A DNA stretch of 64,000 nt from Octopus vulgaris (lineage: Eukaryota), in assembly GCA_951406725.2 (NCBI GenBank), contig OX597824.1:9052001-9116000 (forward strand), given 5' to 3'. The translations under genes and the position numbers were made by a program. The notes beneath the pieces are model-generated. The model was given only the letters and a program-made list of their open reading frames with translations, did no database searches and was not told the DNA's origin. Below, in pieces: positions 28,098 through 41,134 of this stretch (positions within the stretch are counted from its first letter, which is position 1; every line of letters begins with the position of its first letter).

Positions 28098-29035
28098 ACG
28101 TTACAATTCCGTGAAGCCGTTACTAAGAATTTTCCTAGGAATTCTAGATACTACTCCACTATAAATTCGCATAAATTAAGAATAGCATTCTCAAATACTA
28201 AAAATCTTTCGCAGATAATAGCTTCCCACAATAATAAGCTGCTAAATAGGGTTTCTCCACCCATGAGTAGCGACACCGCCCTTACCCATTCCAACGTAAC
28301 ATACAATAATAATAATAATAATAATAGAAGTAGTATGGATATTAGCAACATTCATAGCAGCATTAGCGTTAGCAATAGTAATAATGATAATAACATTAGC
28401 CAGATTATTAACAGTGGTGGTGTTAGTGGTAATAGTACCAGCATTCTTAATAACAGTTATATTATTGATGATAACAATCGCAGCATTCCTATAGCCAGGG
28501 AATTTGTCCGACGATATTATAACTAATAGTAATGATAATAAGATGAATAGTATCGTGGCCAAAGCCAGCAACAATTTTTACACCTATCACAACAATAAAA
28601 ACTCTGTCTTAGTATCGGAAACCAACCCCAACAGATTAAAGTTCTTATCCAAAAATTCCAAAATTAGAAACACCACTTACCAATGCAAAATCTCTTCTGG
28701 AACCGATGTCTACTTCTATATTGGCGCAACCTCTTCTAAATTAGCCCAAAGAGTCTCCAACCATTATTCCACTTTCAGAGATAAGAGAAAGCAACACAGC
28801 ACGGGGCTAAGCAAATTAGTCTGGCGTCTGAAGAACAATAATACTACGTTCAAGCTCGAATGGTCCATTTTGTCGGTGACCTTCCTGTTTGATAAAGGCA
28901 GAAAAATTTTGTGGCATCTGTAATTCCGAACTTTTTCATATTTTGTTCGCCAAAGGCCCTTTAATAAATACAATCGTCGAAAGATCCTACAGGTGCTTAC
29001 ACTGGAAAAGACACACCTTTCATTCATATAAATAG
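28098..29035 (+). pseudogene. PLE ORF C-terminus: GIY-YIG endonuclease (frameshifted)
   Basis: ORF track 27972..28526 and 28504..28923, plus my translation across a frameshift near 28905. Confidence 0.85.
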
Positions 29036-29592
29036 TGACTAATATAGATAACCCCTCGAATTCCAAAAAAATTCTTTTGCTATATTTCACCCCAATAGTC
29101 AAAAAAGATTTTCTTATATTCCCAATTACTACTATCCATTCTTGCGTTGCCTCTCACCTCGCTCGATTCTTTCTCCCTTTCGCTATCTACTTTCCTTTCC
29201 CTACAGTAAACATAATCGAACACACAGATACAGACCTTTCAACTCACTGCTGTCAGTTTTCTGACTTCTACCCATCCACAAACACAATCACGCATTCAGA
29301 CACACACACACACACATTAAGACAGTTATATACAGTCACACACACAGGTACTCATTCACAAAAGAAATCATTTAAACCCACCATTATTTTGACCTGCACT
29401 CTCTCACCTTACTATTCTTATGCCTCCCTCCTCCTACTTCGTTTGAACTCTTGAACCTTTAGAAACTTCTAGATTCTTCTACATTCAGCCACTCTGACGT
29501 CACTCATTATAAAGAGACACTCATTATCGCCATTGGCTCCTTGAGAGCGGTCAGCTAAAAGTTTTTTGTGCATTTTGATGTCGACATAAGTT

Positions 29593-29689
29593 TCCTTGAT
29601 TTTCCTGAAGAGAAATCTGCATAATGTACTCCTTATTCCTTCGGAATTAGGAATATGCAGCCTTCGAAACATATGTCGAGAATAAAGGA
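29593..29689 (+). ncRNA. Type I hammerhead ribozyme in PLE terminal repeat
   Basis: tccttgattttc-CTGAAGA-gaa.ctgcata...tatgcag..ttc-GAAAC-atat-GTC-gagaataaagga; stem I 11/12 bp, palindromic stem III ACATATGT, predicted cleavage after 29677. Confidence 0.88.
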
Positions 29690-29741
29690 TATTTGTTAAC
29701 TAGTCGTTCAACTCCATTCTTTCATATACTTATATGTATAT

Positions 29742-29816
<75 letters not shown>

Positions 29817-29821
29817 TACAT

Positions 29822-29972
29822 ACGACGGGCTTCTTTTGGTTTCCGTCTGCCAAATCTACTCACAAGGCTTTGGTTGGCTCGAGGCTATAATAGAAGACAG
29901 TGGCCCAAGGTGCAACGCCGTGGGACTGAATCCAGAACCATGCGGTTGGGAAGTAAGTTACACAGCATTTCT

Positions 29973-29976
<4 letters not shown>
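29822..29976 (-). mobile_element. SINE family A, 5' half
   Basis: Reverse complement of about 2085-2245. Confidence 0.85.
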
Positions 29977-30043
<67 letters not shown>

Positions 30044-30702
30044 ATATACGTATATACATACATACCTACTATATCGTTGTGTTTTCAAATGTATGAGATC
30101 AAGTGACATTAATAGCATTTTTATAGCGTTGTATCGATGTCCATAACATTTCTCTAAACTTTGCGTGGTGTTGTAGGCGTCCGTGGGTGTTCGTTGGCGC
30201 AGCTGAATATCTGTTCGCCATATACGCCTACACTAACAACATCAACAATAAAGAAACATTTCGAATCGAACAGATTCGTCAGAGCGTAACCTGCAATGTT
30301 TTATTATAATACATATTTTTCTTGTTTCTCCATTTTGATTTCAAATCTCGCCAAGTTCAACGTTGCCTTTTATCCTTCCGTGGGCAATCCCGATATATCA
30401 TTTTTTTCTAATTTAATACAATAGGATGACACTTTGAAGGAAATTTGAGTGCATTTTCTCGTAGGTCGTCTGATACCTGAGGCGTTCGGATGCTTACCTG
30501 ATGTGAAGTATGTGTCATAAAAGGTAATTAAACTAACGGATTATGACCTTAAACATTAAACATTTTCATTGTATTTATTTTCTCATATTTTGCTTACTTT
30601 CAAAATGTAAGCTCAGGCATGACTGTGGGGCTAATAAGTAAGTTTCACCTGAATGTATGAACGGTAATGTTTACTTCCGTTGAATATGAATCAATAATAA
30701 TG

Positions 30703-30792
<90 letters not shown>

Positions 30793-30795
<3 letters not shown>

Positions 30796-31291
30796 TCATA
30801 TTGAAAGACTTCAGACAAAGAACATGCCTCCTCATTGATATGACTGTCCCAATCGATATAAACGTATCTGTCAAGACCTACCAAAAACTGAGCAAATATA
30901 AAGATCTTGAAATAGAAATCAGCAAAATATGGAACCTGAAGACTAAAACAATACCTGTTGTCATAGGTGCCCTGGCAATGATACCGAAATGGGCTGATTG
31001 CTACCTAACTCAGATACCAGGAAACCCCAAAATGGCATAAATTCAAAAGATAGTGCGCATGGGAACTGCTCATATCCTACGCAAAATACTCTCTATGTAA
31101 TCGCAAGGTTTAAAACAAACTTTTTCTTTTTTAATTTATGTATTAGACATTCACTAGTACGACACCAAAAAAAACCCCAAATATGTGGCACACTAGGCAT
31201 AACAACAACGTGAACTTCCAACCTGTTGTCTCTTGAGGTCTTTGGGTGAGACTTGGAGCCAACTTGTACAGACATAAAGCAAAAGTCAAAC

Positions 31292-31293
<2 letters not shown>
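30793..31293 (+). mobile_element. R4/Dong-like RLE non-LTR retrotransposon 3' end in (TAA)n
   Basis: IILKDFRQRTCLLIDMTVP...KLSKYKDLEIEISKIW..KTIPVVIGAL...GTAHILRKILSM* (restriction-like endonuclease C-terminus), 3' UTR, (TAA)n on both sides. Confidence 0.9.
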
Positions 31294-31355
<62 letters not shown>

Positions 31356-31600
31356 AAGTACCAGGCAGTGGCTCTGATTGGAAATGTTATCATATACATT
31401 GTTTGTCTTGGTATAAAAGATGGGCTACAGCAAATATTCTGCTCAATACCATATATTTGCTTATGAGTTGTTTGACCATAACCAGTTGACCATGTCCCTT
31501 AATGGCTGACGATATGTGCATCTCTGATCACGGGCAGAAGTAGTGGGAGAGCATCATAGCCGTGTGTTGAAAGGAATTCTTGGAGGTTTGGATAATTCAC

Positions 31601-32549
31601 CGTTCAAACTGACAGAAAGATAGATGCAAATAGGCCAGACATTGAAGGATTTCAGACAAAAAAGATGCCTTCTATTCGATATGACTGTCCCAATTAACAT
31701 AAATGTATCTGTCAAGACCTACCAAAAACTGAGCAAGTATAAGAATCTTGAAATAAAAATTGGCAAAATGTGGAACCACAAGATTAAAACAATACCTATT
31801 TCTTTATTACCCACAAGGGGCTAAACATAGAGGGGACAAACAAGGACAGACATAGGTATTAAGTCGATTACATCGACCCCAGTGCGTAACTAGTACTTAA
31901 TTTATCGACCCCGAAAGGATGAAAGGCAAAGTTGACCTCGGCGGAATTTGAACTCACAACGTAACGACAAACGAAATACGGCTACGCATTTCGCCCGGCG
32001 TGCTAACGTTTCTGCCAGCTCGCTGACAACAATACCTGTTGTCATAGGCGCCCTAGGGGATGATAGCAGAAGGGGCAGATTGTTACCTAGTTCAGAAATT
32101 CCAGATTGTTGCCTAGATCCAGAAATTGTTACAAGAAATCCCAGATTGTTACCAGATCGTTACCTAGTTCAGAAATCCGCAAATGGAAGAAATTCAAAAA
32201 ATCGTGCTCATGGGAACTACCCATATCCTAAGTAAAGTATTGTCTATGTAATCCCAAAATATTTCAATCTATAAAAACCATCAAAATACTTTTAAATGTA
32301 GATAAAAGCAAACCCCTTTCACTGTCGTCTTGACGTCAGACTATCATCTTATAATCAAATTACTTTTAAAACAAACTTTTAATTTACTTATGCTTTGACA
32401 GAGGTTCTCTAGAACAATACTCAGCGCAAAGTCAAATATATGGCACCCTAGTCATGACACCAAGTTGAACTTATAACTTGTTGACACTTGAGGTCTTTGG
32501 GTGAGACTTGGAGTCAACTTCTAGAAATACAGAGCAAGAGCCAAACATG
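31601..32549 (+). mobile_element. R4/Dong-like RLE element 3' end, interrupted by a SINE
   Basis: VQTDRKIDANRPDI..KDFRQKRCLLFDMTVP...KLSKYKNL; 3' UTR homologous to 31100-31293; followed by (TAA)n; local short duplications at 32085-32170. Confidence 0.9.
31798..32025 (-). mobile_element. SINE family B nested in the RLE element, 10-bp TSD
   Basis: AACAATACCT at 31788-31797 and 32028-32037. Confidence 0.92.
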
Positions 32550-32567
32550 ATAATAATAATAATAATG

Positions 32568-32628
<61 letters not shown>

Positions 32629-33054
32629 TAATAATAATAATCATAATAATAATAATAATAATAATAAGGCCAGTAAACAAGTGTCTCCTTAGTCTGCCGG
32701 CTGTGGACAGCTGACGCATTCCATCATACTCAGCAAAACAAGTTGTGAGTTTTCATCAAATGATGATGATGATGATGATGATGATGAGGAGGAGGAGGAG
32801 GAGGAGGAGGTTGGTTATAAAATGGAAAGAATGTTATTGTAGTTGCGCCATTCTTAAAGACAAAGCTAACGTAATGCAAGAAACAGGGCTGATGCCATCA
32901 GTGCTCCGGCTGTTCCTGTTGTGATCCACAGATTTAATATCGTTTAATATGGTCCATCGATGAGTTAGAATTTCCATAAAAATACGCAACTTTCTCACGT
33001 CGCCCGGCATGCTTCGGCGAAAGCCTGAAGTGAACAGAAAATATAATCCACTAT

Positions 33055-33470
33055 AAGCTGCGAGCTGGCAGAAACGTTAGCACGCCGGGCGCAATGCTTA
33101 GCAGTATTTCGTCTGCCGTTACGTTCTGAGTTCAAATTCCGCCGAGGTCGACTTTGCCTTTCATCCTTTCGGGTCGATTAAATAAGTACCAGTTACGCAC
33201 TGGGGTCGATATAATCGACTCAATCCGTTTGTCCATTCTTGTTTGTCCCCTCTGTGTTTAACCCCTTGTGGGTAGTAAAGAAATAGGTATTTCGTCTGCC
33301 GCTGAGTTCTGAGTTCAAATTCCGCCGAAGTCGACTTTGCCTTTCATCCTTTCAGAGTCGATAAATTAAGTACCAGTTACGCACTGGGGTCGATGTAATC
33401 GACCTAATCCCTTTGTCTGTCCTTGTTTGTCCCCTCGATGTTTAGCCCCTTGTGGACAATAAAGAAATAT
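33055..33470 (+). mobile_element. Dimeric SINE family B with 17-bp TSD
   Basis: Units about 33055-33285 and 33286-33468; GAAAATATAATCCACTA at 33037-33053 and 33471-33487. Confidence 0.92.
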
Positions 33471-33785
33471 GAAAATATAATCCACTAAACGAAGACTAAT
33501 GCAACTGACAACACTGCAGGTTTAAACATCTATTCAACGAACAATAATGACTGGATGCTTGAATTTGGAAATACCAAGAAACCAGACTCAGTACCAAAAG
33601 AAGCAAAGAAATATGTCAAGATCTCCGAGACTGAGGTGCAGTTAGGCGAAGCAGAAGAACCCATTGTCAAAGCAAAACATAAATGAAACCAAATCTATTG
33701 GAATCTCACAGCGAAATAGACGAAAACGTAAAGAGGTACGTGCTAAATACTGAACAAGAGCTGGCAATTCTGATGTTGAGATGAA

Positions 33786-34617
33786 CAGTAATCCCGCGAC
33801 TATCGCGGGTGTTACGTTACAAAACACCCCTCCACCGCGATAGGTGAAAATCCGCGAAGTAGAAACAGTGATGTACTGTGTATATTTATTATTATTATTT
33901 TTATAATTTTTATATATTTATTGTATTATTTTTATATATTGAAGCTTTTATAAACTCTTCCCCACACTCTTAGGAGTACCCGTGTCTTCTCTGTTTTTGC
34001 ATGTCGAGGCGTTTCACCTTCTCTGCGCTTGGATTCACCGCCAGAAAACTTTGAAGGTGCAGAACGTTTGGGGGACATGGTAGGGCTCGAAATATATTCA
34101 CATATTTACACAGATATGCAAAACAACACCATACACTCGCCTCCCGAATTTCGTTTTCCATACAGCATATACGATTCTTGGTTTAGTCATCTACGCTACA
34201 CTACAATTTGTCTTTTATTATATTTTAATTAATTCAAATTCCGCCGAGGTCCACTCTACTCTCATCTTTTCGGGGTCGATAAATTAAGTACCAGTTGTGT
34301 ACTGGGGTCGATCTAATTCCCTGGCCCTCTCCCCCCAAATTTCGGGCCTTGTGCCTAGAGTAGAAAATATATTTTAATTAATGTGTTATACATTACAGTA
34401 CTGTATTTTTATTTATCAATTTATTAATTTTTAGGCGCGAAAATGCTTATTTTATCACAGAAATAATCAAAATCTAAAAAAATATAAATACCTATCGGCT
34501 GTAGAAACCCGCGATATAATGAGGGTTCTGCGATATAAATTTACATATATTAGCCTGAAAAATCCGCGATGTACTGAGGGCGCGATAGGTGAACCGTGAT
34601 ATGGCGAGTAATTATCG
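33786..34617. mobile_element. Tigger/pogo-like non-autonomous DNA transposon (MITE) containing a SINE B fragment (34233-34366)
   Basis: Left end CAGTAATCCCGCGACTATCGCGG; right end CCGTGATATGGCGAGTAATTATCG(TA), an imperfect inverse; subterminal CCGCGA repeats. Confidence 0.75.
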
Positions 34618-35399
34618 TATCGGTGTCTGTCTATGCTCGGACATGAATTAGAAAAAGAAAACTTTATCGTAGCAGTTCCGGATAAGTATGATTCCCCAAG
34701 AAATTACCAAGCCAACATGCTTAGAAATAGTACTGCTCCTGCCTACCGTTTTCGTGGTACAACCATAAAAACCATTGACCACTTCATGTTTGGTTGCTTT
34801 ATGTTAGATTGAAGCGGATATGCTAATAGCTATGACAGACTTGATCGGTTTTTCTACAGGATCATATGCCATTAGTTTGGGCTCCCGTTTGAAAAGAACT
34901 GGAGAAAACGTAAGTCTACCGAAGTAATAGAAAATAAGACATCACCGCTTTTTGAAATCTTAGTTTTCAAACCGATCGAGTTATTCGGGCTAATGGACCA
35001 GATATTTTGCTGAAAAATAACATTGACAAAACATGTTTACTCATAGATCTGTCAATCCCAGCAAACTCTGTGCAAATGTTTCATGAATTAAGTAAATACA
35101 AGAACCTTGAATTAGAAGCCTCAAAAATGTGGCGTGTAAGAATGACAACTGTAACTTTAGAGTTAATATTAAATGGTGCACTTAAATACCAATGATCAAA
35201 TTCCAGGGAACAGAAAGTTATCAGAGCAAAAGACAAATTGCTCTCATGGGTACAGCTTAAATCCTCAGAAAAACACTTTCAACTTGAGAATATTTGAATC
35301 TCTAAAAGCGTTTTGTAAAATGCAAATATTACACCAAACATATGAAAATTTAAATTATCTGTATTTGGTCTGCGTTCCCTGAAATATATCATTGCTACA

Positions 35400-35467
<68 letters not shown>

Positions 35468-35715
35468 ATAGTAAAAACGTGTACATCGTTGTTACTTGAG
35501 GCCTCAAGGAACTTGTATAAAACATAGCATTTACCACATAAACGTAATAGTATTCTGCAAGAATCTTAAGATAAATTTTGAGATTTCAGGAGGCTCGTTC
35601 TAACAAAATTTCAATACATCCCCGCTTATATGTAAAGCATGTAATGGTTAAAATAATTATGATGATGAAGATGATGAGGATGATGATGATGATAACGATA
35701 ATAATAACAATAATG

Positions 35716-35792
<77 letters not shown>

Positions 35793-35795
<3 letters not shown>

Positions 35796-35947
35796 GAAAA
35801 TTGCACTACTAGGCACTGCACACATCCTACGCAGAACACTTTCCATACAATAACCATCAGAGCATCACAACAAATCACAGCACATACCTAAGGCACACAG
35901 AGCTGCGCTCGGTAGTGAAGTGAAAGCACGCTATAAAAATAAAACTA

Positions 35948-35950
<3 letters not shown>
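35793..35950 (+). mobile_element. R4/Dong-like 3' end (second family) in (TAA)n
   Basis: KIALLGTAHILRRTLSIQ* plus 3' UTR; near-identical to 52981-53135 (minus); (TAA)n on both sides. Confidence 0.88.
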
Positions 35951-36013
<63 letters not shown>

Positions 36014-36014
36014 C

Positions 36015-36300
36015 CATCTTAAATACGAGACTGTGGAAAATGAAAAAGTGAAGAGAGTGCCAATTATTGTTAGGTCCTTGGGGACAGTTTCAGGAGGCAT
36101 CAAGGGGAATATAATGAAAATGGGAATAGAGAGCCTAATAGAACTGTTACAAAAGATTTGCCTCCTTGTCACGGCCAGAATAATCAGGAAAAACTATTAG
36201 AGAGTTGAAAAGAACGGATAATATGGCACCGCAGGCTACGGGTAGCGAGCCCCGCTACGCATGCATGACTTCAGAACGTCCAACATAACCTGAGTTAAAA
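36015..36300 (+). mobile_element. R4-like RLE 3' end (third family), decayed
   Basis: RLWKMKK...VPIIV...GTVS...IELLQKICLLVTARIIRK; starts directly after (TAA)n. Confidence 0.75.
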
Positions 36301-36309
36301 TAAGAAGTA

Positions 36310-36480
36310 TGATTTCAAAATTTGGGCACAAGGCCAGCAATTTTTCGGGGAGGTGTAGTCCATTACATCGACCGGTTCTTATTTTATCGATCTCGACGGG
36401 ATGAAAGGCAAAGTCGACTTCGGCGGGATTTGAATTAGGACAAAGATGGACAAAATGCCGTTGAGCATTTTGCTAGGCAC
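36310..36480 (-). mobile_element. SINE family B, diverged
   Basis: GGATGAAAGGCAAAGTCGACTTCGGCGGGATTTGAA is the reverse complement of the family B core. Confidence 0.8.
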
Positions 36481-36490
36481 AGAAGTAGTG

Positions 36491-36530
<40 letters not shown>

Positions 36531-36710
36531 ATGGATTAAACGAGCCGATGAGGGCCGGGCTCTATTTCTTCGCTCGACCTGCTAGGAATAGCAACCAAAT
36601 ATTCCTCAAGCCACTTGCGTATATACGTCAGCGTGTGTGTGTGTGTGTGTCCATCTGCCTGTTTGTGTGTAAGCATATATATGTGTGTGCATATATATAT
36701 ATATATATAA

Positions 36711-36903
36711 TTCTTTTATTTGCTTCAGTCATTTGACTGCGTCCATGCTGGAGCACCGCCTTTAGTCGAACAAATCGACCCCTGGACTTATTCTTTGTGA
36801 GGCCAGTACTTATTCTATCGGTCTGTTTTGCCAAGCCGCTAGGTTACAGGGACGTAAATACACAAATATTGGTTGTCAAGTGATAGCAAGGGCACAAACA
36901 CAG

Positions 36904-36974
<71 letters not shown>

Positions 36975-37075
36975 TACACACGCACACGCACTCACATATG
37001 CGACCAAATCCACTCACAAGGCGGTGGTCGGCCCAAGGCTTATAGTAGAAGACACTTGCCGAAGGTGCCACTGCG
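36711..37075 (-). mobile_element. SINE family A
   Basis: Reverse complement of the family A body with an internal (CA)n tract. Confidence 0.87.
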
Positions 37076-38256
37076 TGACACCTTTGGCAAGCCGTAAAAC
37101 CTGAAAGGTACCACATTAGCCTACATGCACTGATGACATGTGTATGGTATATATGTGTATGTAACTCTGTGTGTATGAGTGTGACGAAAAGTGCCCGCCC
37201 GCACGCGTGTGTGTATATGTGTGTGTGTGAGTGTGTGTGTATGTGTGTGTACATGATGTTATGTACGTGTACCTTTGCTATTCATTTTAACACCAAAATA
37301 TTTAAATTGTCACACAATGTTGTCGTTTAGCCATAGTGTGGTCGCCCTGCTTCAAAGGCCAACAAACATTATTGCAGCTTCATTTAAGGCGGAAGATATC
37401 TAACATGACAATATACAATGTGTCCTTGCTTTCTTTAAAGCGTGTCAAACGTGAACAATTCGAGGGAGATTTGCCTGCTATTACAATCGTATCAAAAGAC
37501 CATCTAATGACTCTTTCATTGGCTCGTCACTATATCATACTCTCTGCACATTTACCGACTCTTATTCAAAACAAACAACGTATACACAAACCGAACCATG
37601 CAACATTTTCAAAAGCATTCTATGGTCCACGAGTTCTCTTCGAATCTAAATGTTTTCAAGCGTTATCTCACACCCAATCACACCATGAGAAACTTAGGAT
37701 GTGCCTCTTCTAACATAACTCCATGTAAACCAAAAGTTTTGTGGGTGCTATTTGGTAGACAGTAACTGTTACGTGGAATTCCATCTGATGGGTACATTTA
37801 TGCTTTTGAATAATAAACCGTTGCCCAGCGCATGTTTTAAACTGACCCCTCGTACTTATTTGCGTATAGTGTAGCGTAGTCTACTTAAGGGCAATCGTTC
37901 GAATTCGGCTTTTAGTCAGAGGATAAGCTTCCACAATTCTTACCGTCACTCTAGGAGAAACCGTAAAAGCTTAAGGGTAATGCACAAGCCTACGTCCACT
38001 GATTCAGTCGTGCACGAACCAACCGGGAAAACAAAGGTGATAACAAATGCAAAGCAGAAAGTCATGTTTTGTTCATGATGTAACAGCTTGCGTCATGATT
38101 TATTTATTCATTACAAAAAACACACACACGCACGCGTACACACATGTCCACTCACACACACACATTTGTAAGTGTGTATATATACGTATGTGTGAGTGTG
38201 TATGAGAAAATTTTTATATACGTATGTATATATATATATGTGTGTATATATGTGGG

Positions 38257-38294
<38 letters not shown>

Positions 38295-38300
38295 GGCATT

Positions 38301-38350
<50 letters not shown>

Positions 38351-38826
38351 TTCTTGTGAAAAGAAATACATTTTGAAATAGAGAATGAAAATAATACAAA
38401 CGACTTATCCTAGTAATTTTCATTATATGTGATTAGGAAAACACACACACATATATATATATACATATGTGAGTGTGTGCATAGATATATACATATACAT
38501 GTATATATATATATATATTTGTTTATATACATATATATATATGCACATAGATATGTATATATGTATGCATGCAAAAACATTCATATATAGATGTATGTAA
38601 TTATGAATGTTTGTATGTGTATATGTATGTATGTGTGTGTGTATGCATGCATGTACGTATGTATGTATGTATGTATGTGTGTGTATATATGTATGTATTC
38701 CTGCGTGTAAGTAAGTACAGGTATAAACCGCTGCAAGGAAAAGATATATTCTAGTGCCAACATTAACAATGAGAATAGAAATAACAGCATCATCATCATC
38801 ATCATAAACAATAAAAACTGCAATAG

Positions 38827-38895
<69 letters not shown>

Positions 38896-39009
38896 AGAGA
38901 TGATTAACGGTTCTGGTAATATATAATAATAATTTCGAGCGTTTTTACACTAAAATCAATATTCTGCTTATGTTTACATATAATTCAGTCGGTGGTCGAG
39001 GGTACATTC

Positions 39010-39874
39010 AGAAACACACGCACACACACACTCACACACACACACATATACACACACTCACACACGAATGCACACACACACACACGTACCTAGACACACA
39101 TGCACACACTCACACACAAACACACACACACTACACAGTATACACACAGTGTCATACACAAAAGTGCATGCATGCACACGCACATGCACACACACACATG
39201 CATACACTCACACACACACACACGGTCACACCACACACTACACACACATGCACACACTTACACGCATACACACTACACGCTACACACTACATACACACAG
39301 TGTCATACACAAAAGTTCATGCATGCACACACACATGCACACACACACACATGCATACACTCATACACACAGTCACACTACACACTACATACACACATAC
39401 ATACACACACACATGCACACATTCACACATACACATACACACAACACACTACACACACAGATGCACACACTCACACACATGCACGCATACACAGACAAAC
39501 TACACACTACACATACACGCAGATTTACACACTCATACACACATACACACAGACAAACGTACTCACATGCACCTACACATATACACACACATATACATAG
39601 ACGCACTACACACTATACACAGAGATTCATACACAAAGCTGCATTCATACATACACATACACATGCACACACATACACACATACACAGTCGCACAACACA
39701 CTACACACACAAGCACACACATGCACACATACACACATACACAGACATGCACACACAAAAGTTCTTGCATACACACATATGCACACACACATACACACGT
39801 ACACACCAACACACAAATACACAGACACTACACTCTACACACAGTCGTAGACAAATGTGGATGCATACACACAA

Positions 39875-39907
<33 letters not shown>

Positions 39908-39935
39908 AACCCACACACACACATGCACACAACTG
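39010..39935. repeat. Degenerate (CA)-rich tract with higher-order repeat
   Basis: Marker CACAGTGTCATACACAAAAGT.CATGCATGCACAC at about 39145 and 39295, with diverged versions near 39620 and 39750. Confidence 0.85.
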
Positions 39936-40204
39936 GCGCGCATGCACGTTTGCGTTCGCGCACGCGTGTGTGCGTCTTTACACGTTTATGCAGGTACTTC
40001 ACCATTTTTTCCGCCGGTTGACACTGGTTAACCGTGGCCATGCGGCAGCATCGCTTGGTAGAGTTAGCCATGCATTGTTGTAAATTAACATAAATACACG
40101 CATGTGTAGACGTGTAAATATCACTACATGCACACTACCACACTAACACACACATGTAGCATCGCACGCACACGCATACATGCATGCATACATATATATA
40201 AACG

Positions 40205-40304
<100 letters not shown>

Positions 40305-40995
40305 TGTACATATATATATATATATTGTAGTGAGTGTGCACATAGTTACGCGCGCGCGCTTACACACACATAGACTGTGGAAGAGTAACATTAACCGCAA
40401 TGATCTAACCGGTGTCGAAAGACCTACAAAGGTCATGCGCACATTCCGTAGCTATCTTTCTTTCTAGCTCTCCGTCTATCTATCTTTCTGTCTATCTATC
40501 TATCTACCTATCTGTTCATCCCTCTGTCTGTATATCATCTATCTATCTATCTGTCTGTCTGGCTGTCTGTCTGGCTGTCTTGCTGTCTATCTACCTATCT
40601 ATCTATCTATCTATCTGTCTTTCTATCTATGTATCTATTTATCTATCAATCTGTCCGACTATCTGTCGATCTACCTACCTACCAACCTATCTACCTACAT
40701 ACTTGTCTATCTATCTATCAATTAATCTATCTACCCATGTATCTAGCTATCTAGCTAGCTATTTATCTCTCTGTGTGTATGTCTGTGGGTGTATCTATCA
40801 ATCTACCTATCTACCTTTCTATCCATCTGTCTGTCTACCTATGTGTATCCATGCATGTATGTATATATGTATGTATGTATATATCTATGTATCTATCTAT
40901 GTATCTATCTACGTACCTAACTATTTATCTGTCTATCTATCTGTATATCTCTCGATCTGTCTGTCTATCTATATTTAATAATTTATATATTTGTA

Positions 40996-41083
<88 letters not shown>

Positions 41084-41091
41084 CATCTATA

Positions 41092-41134
<43 letters not shown>

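Larger units (their letters stand above)
28098..29735 (+). mobile_element. 5'-truncated Penelope-like element (GIY-YIG endonuclease region, 3' UTR and terminal repeat)
   Basis: Linker F....KNFP...IN...LRIAFSNTKNLSQIIASHNNKLL; EN motif YQCKI...YIGATSSKLAQRVSNHYSTF...LSKLVWRLK...WSIL; after a frameshift CGICNSE...LIN...E....CLH, stop at 29035; hammerhead at 29593-29689. Confidence 0.9.
32870..35290 (+). mobile_element. Old, decayed R4-like non-LTR element (post-RT region, CCHC knuckle, RLE) with nested insertions
   Basis: AVPVV..F.IV.WSIDEL..KIRNFLT..GM...K..V.R.Y.P; ENFIVAV.D....RNYQANML....TIDHFMFGC; QTDRVIRANGPDILLK....CLLIDLSIP...LSKYKNLELE. Confidence 0.8.

Noticed and set aside
38970-40031. 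353-aa His/Thr-rich ORF
   Set aside because: Degenerate (CA)n tract, open in several frames.
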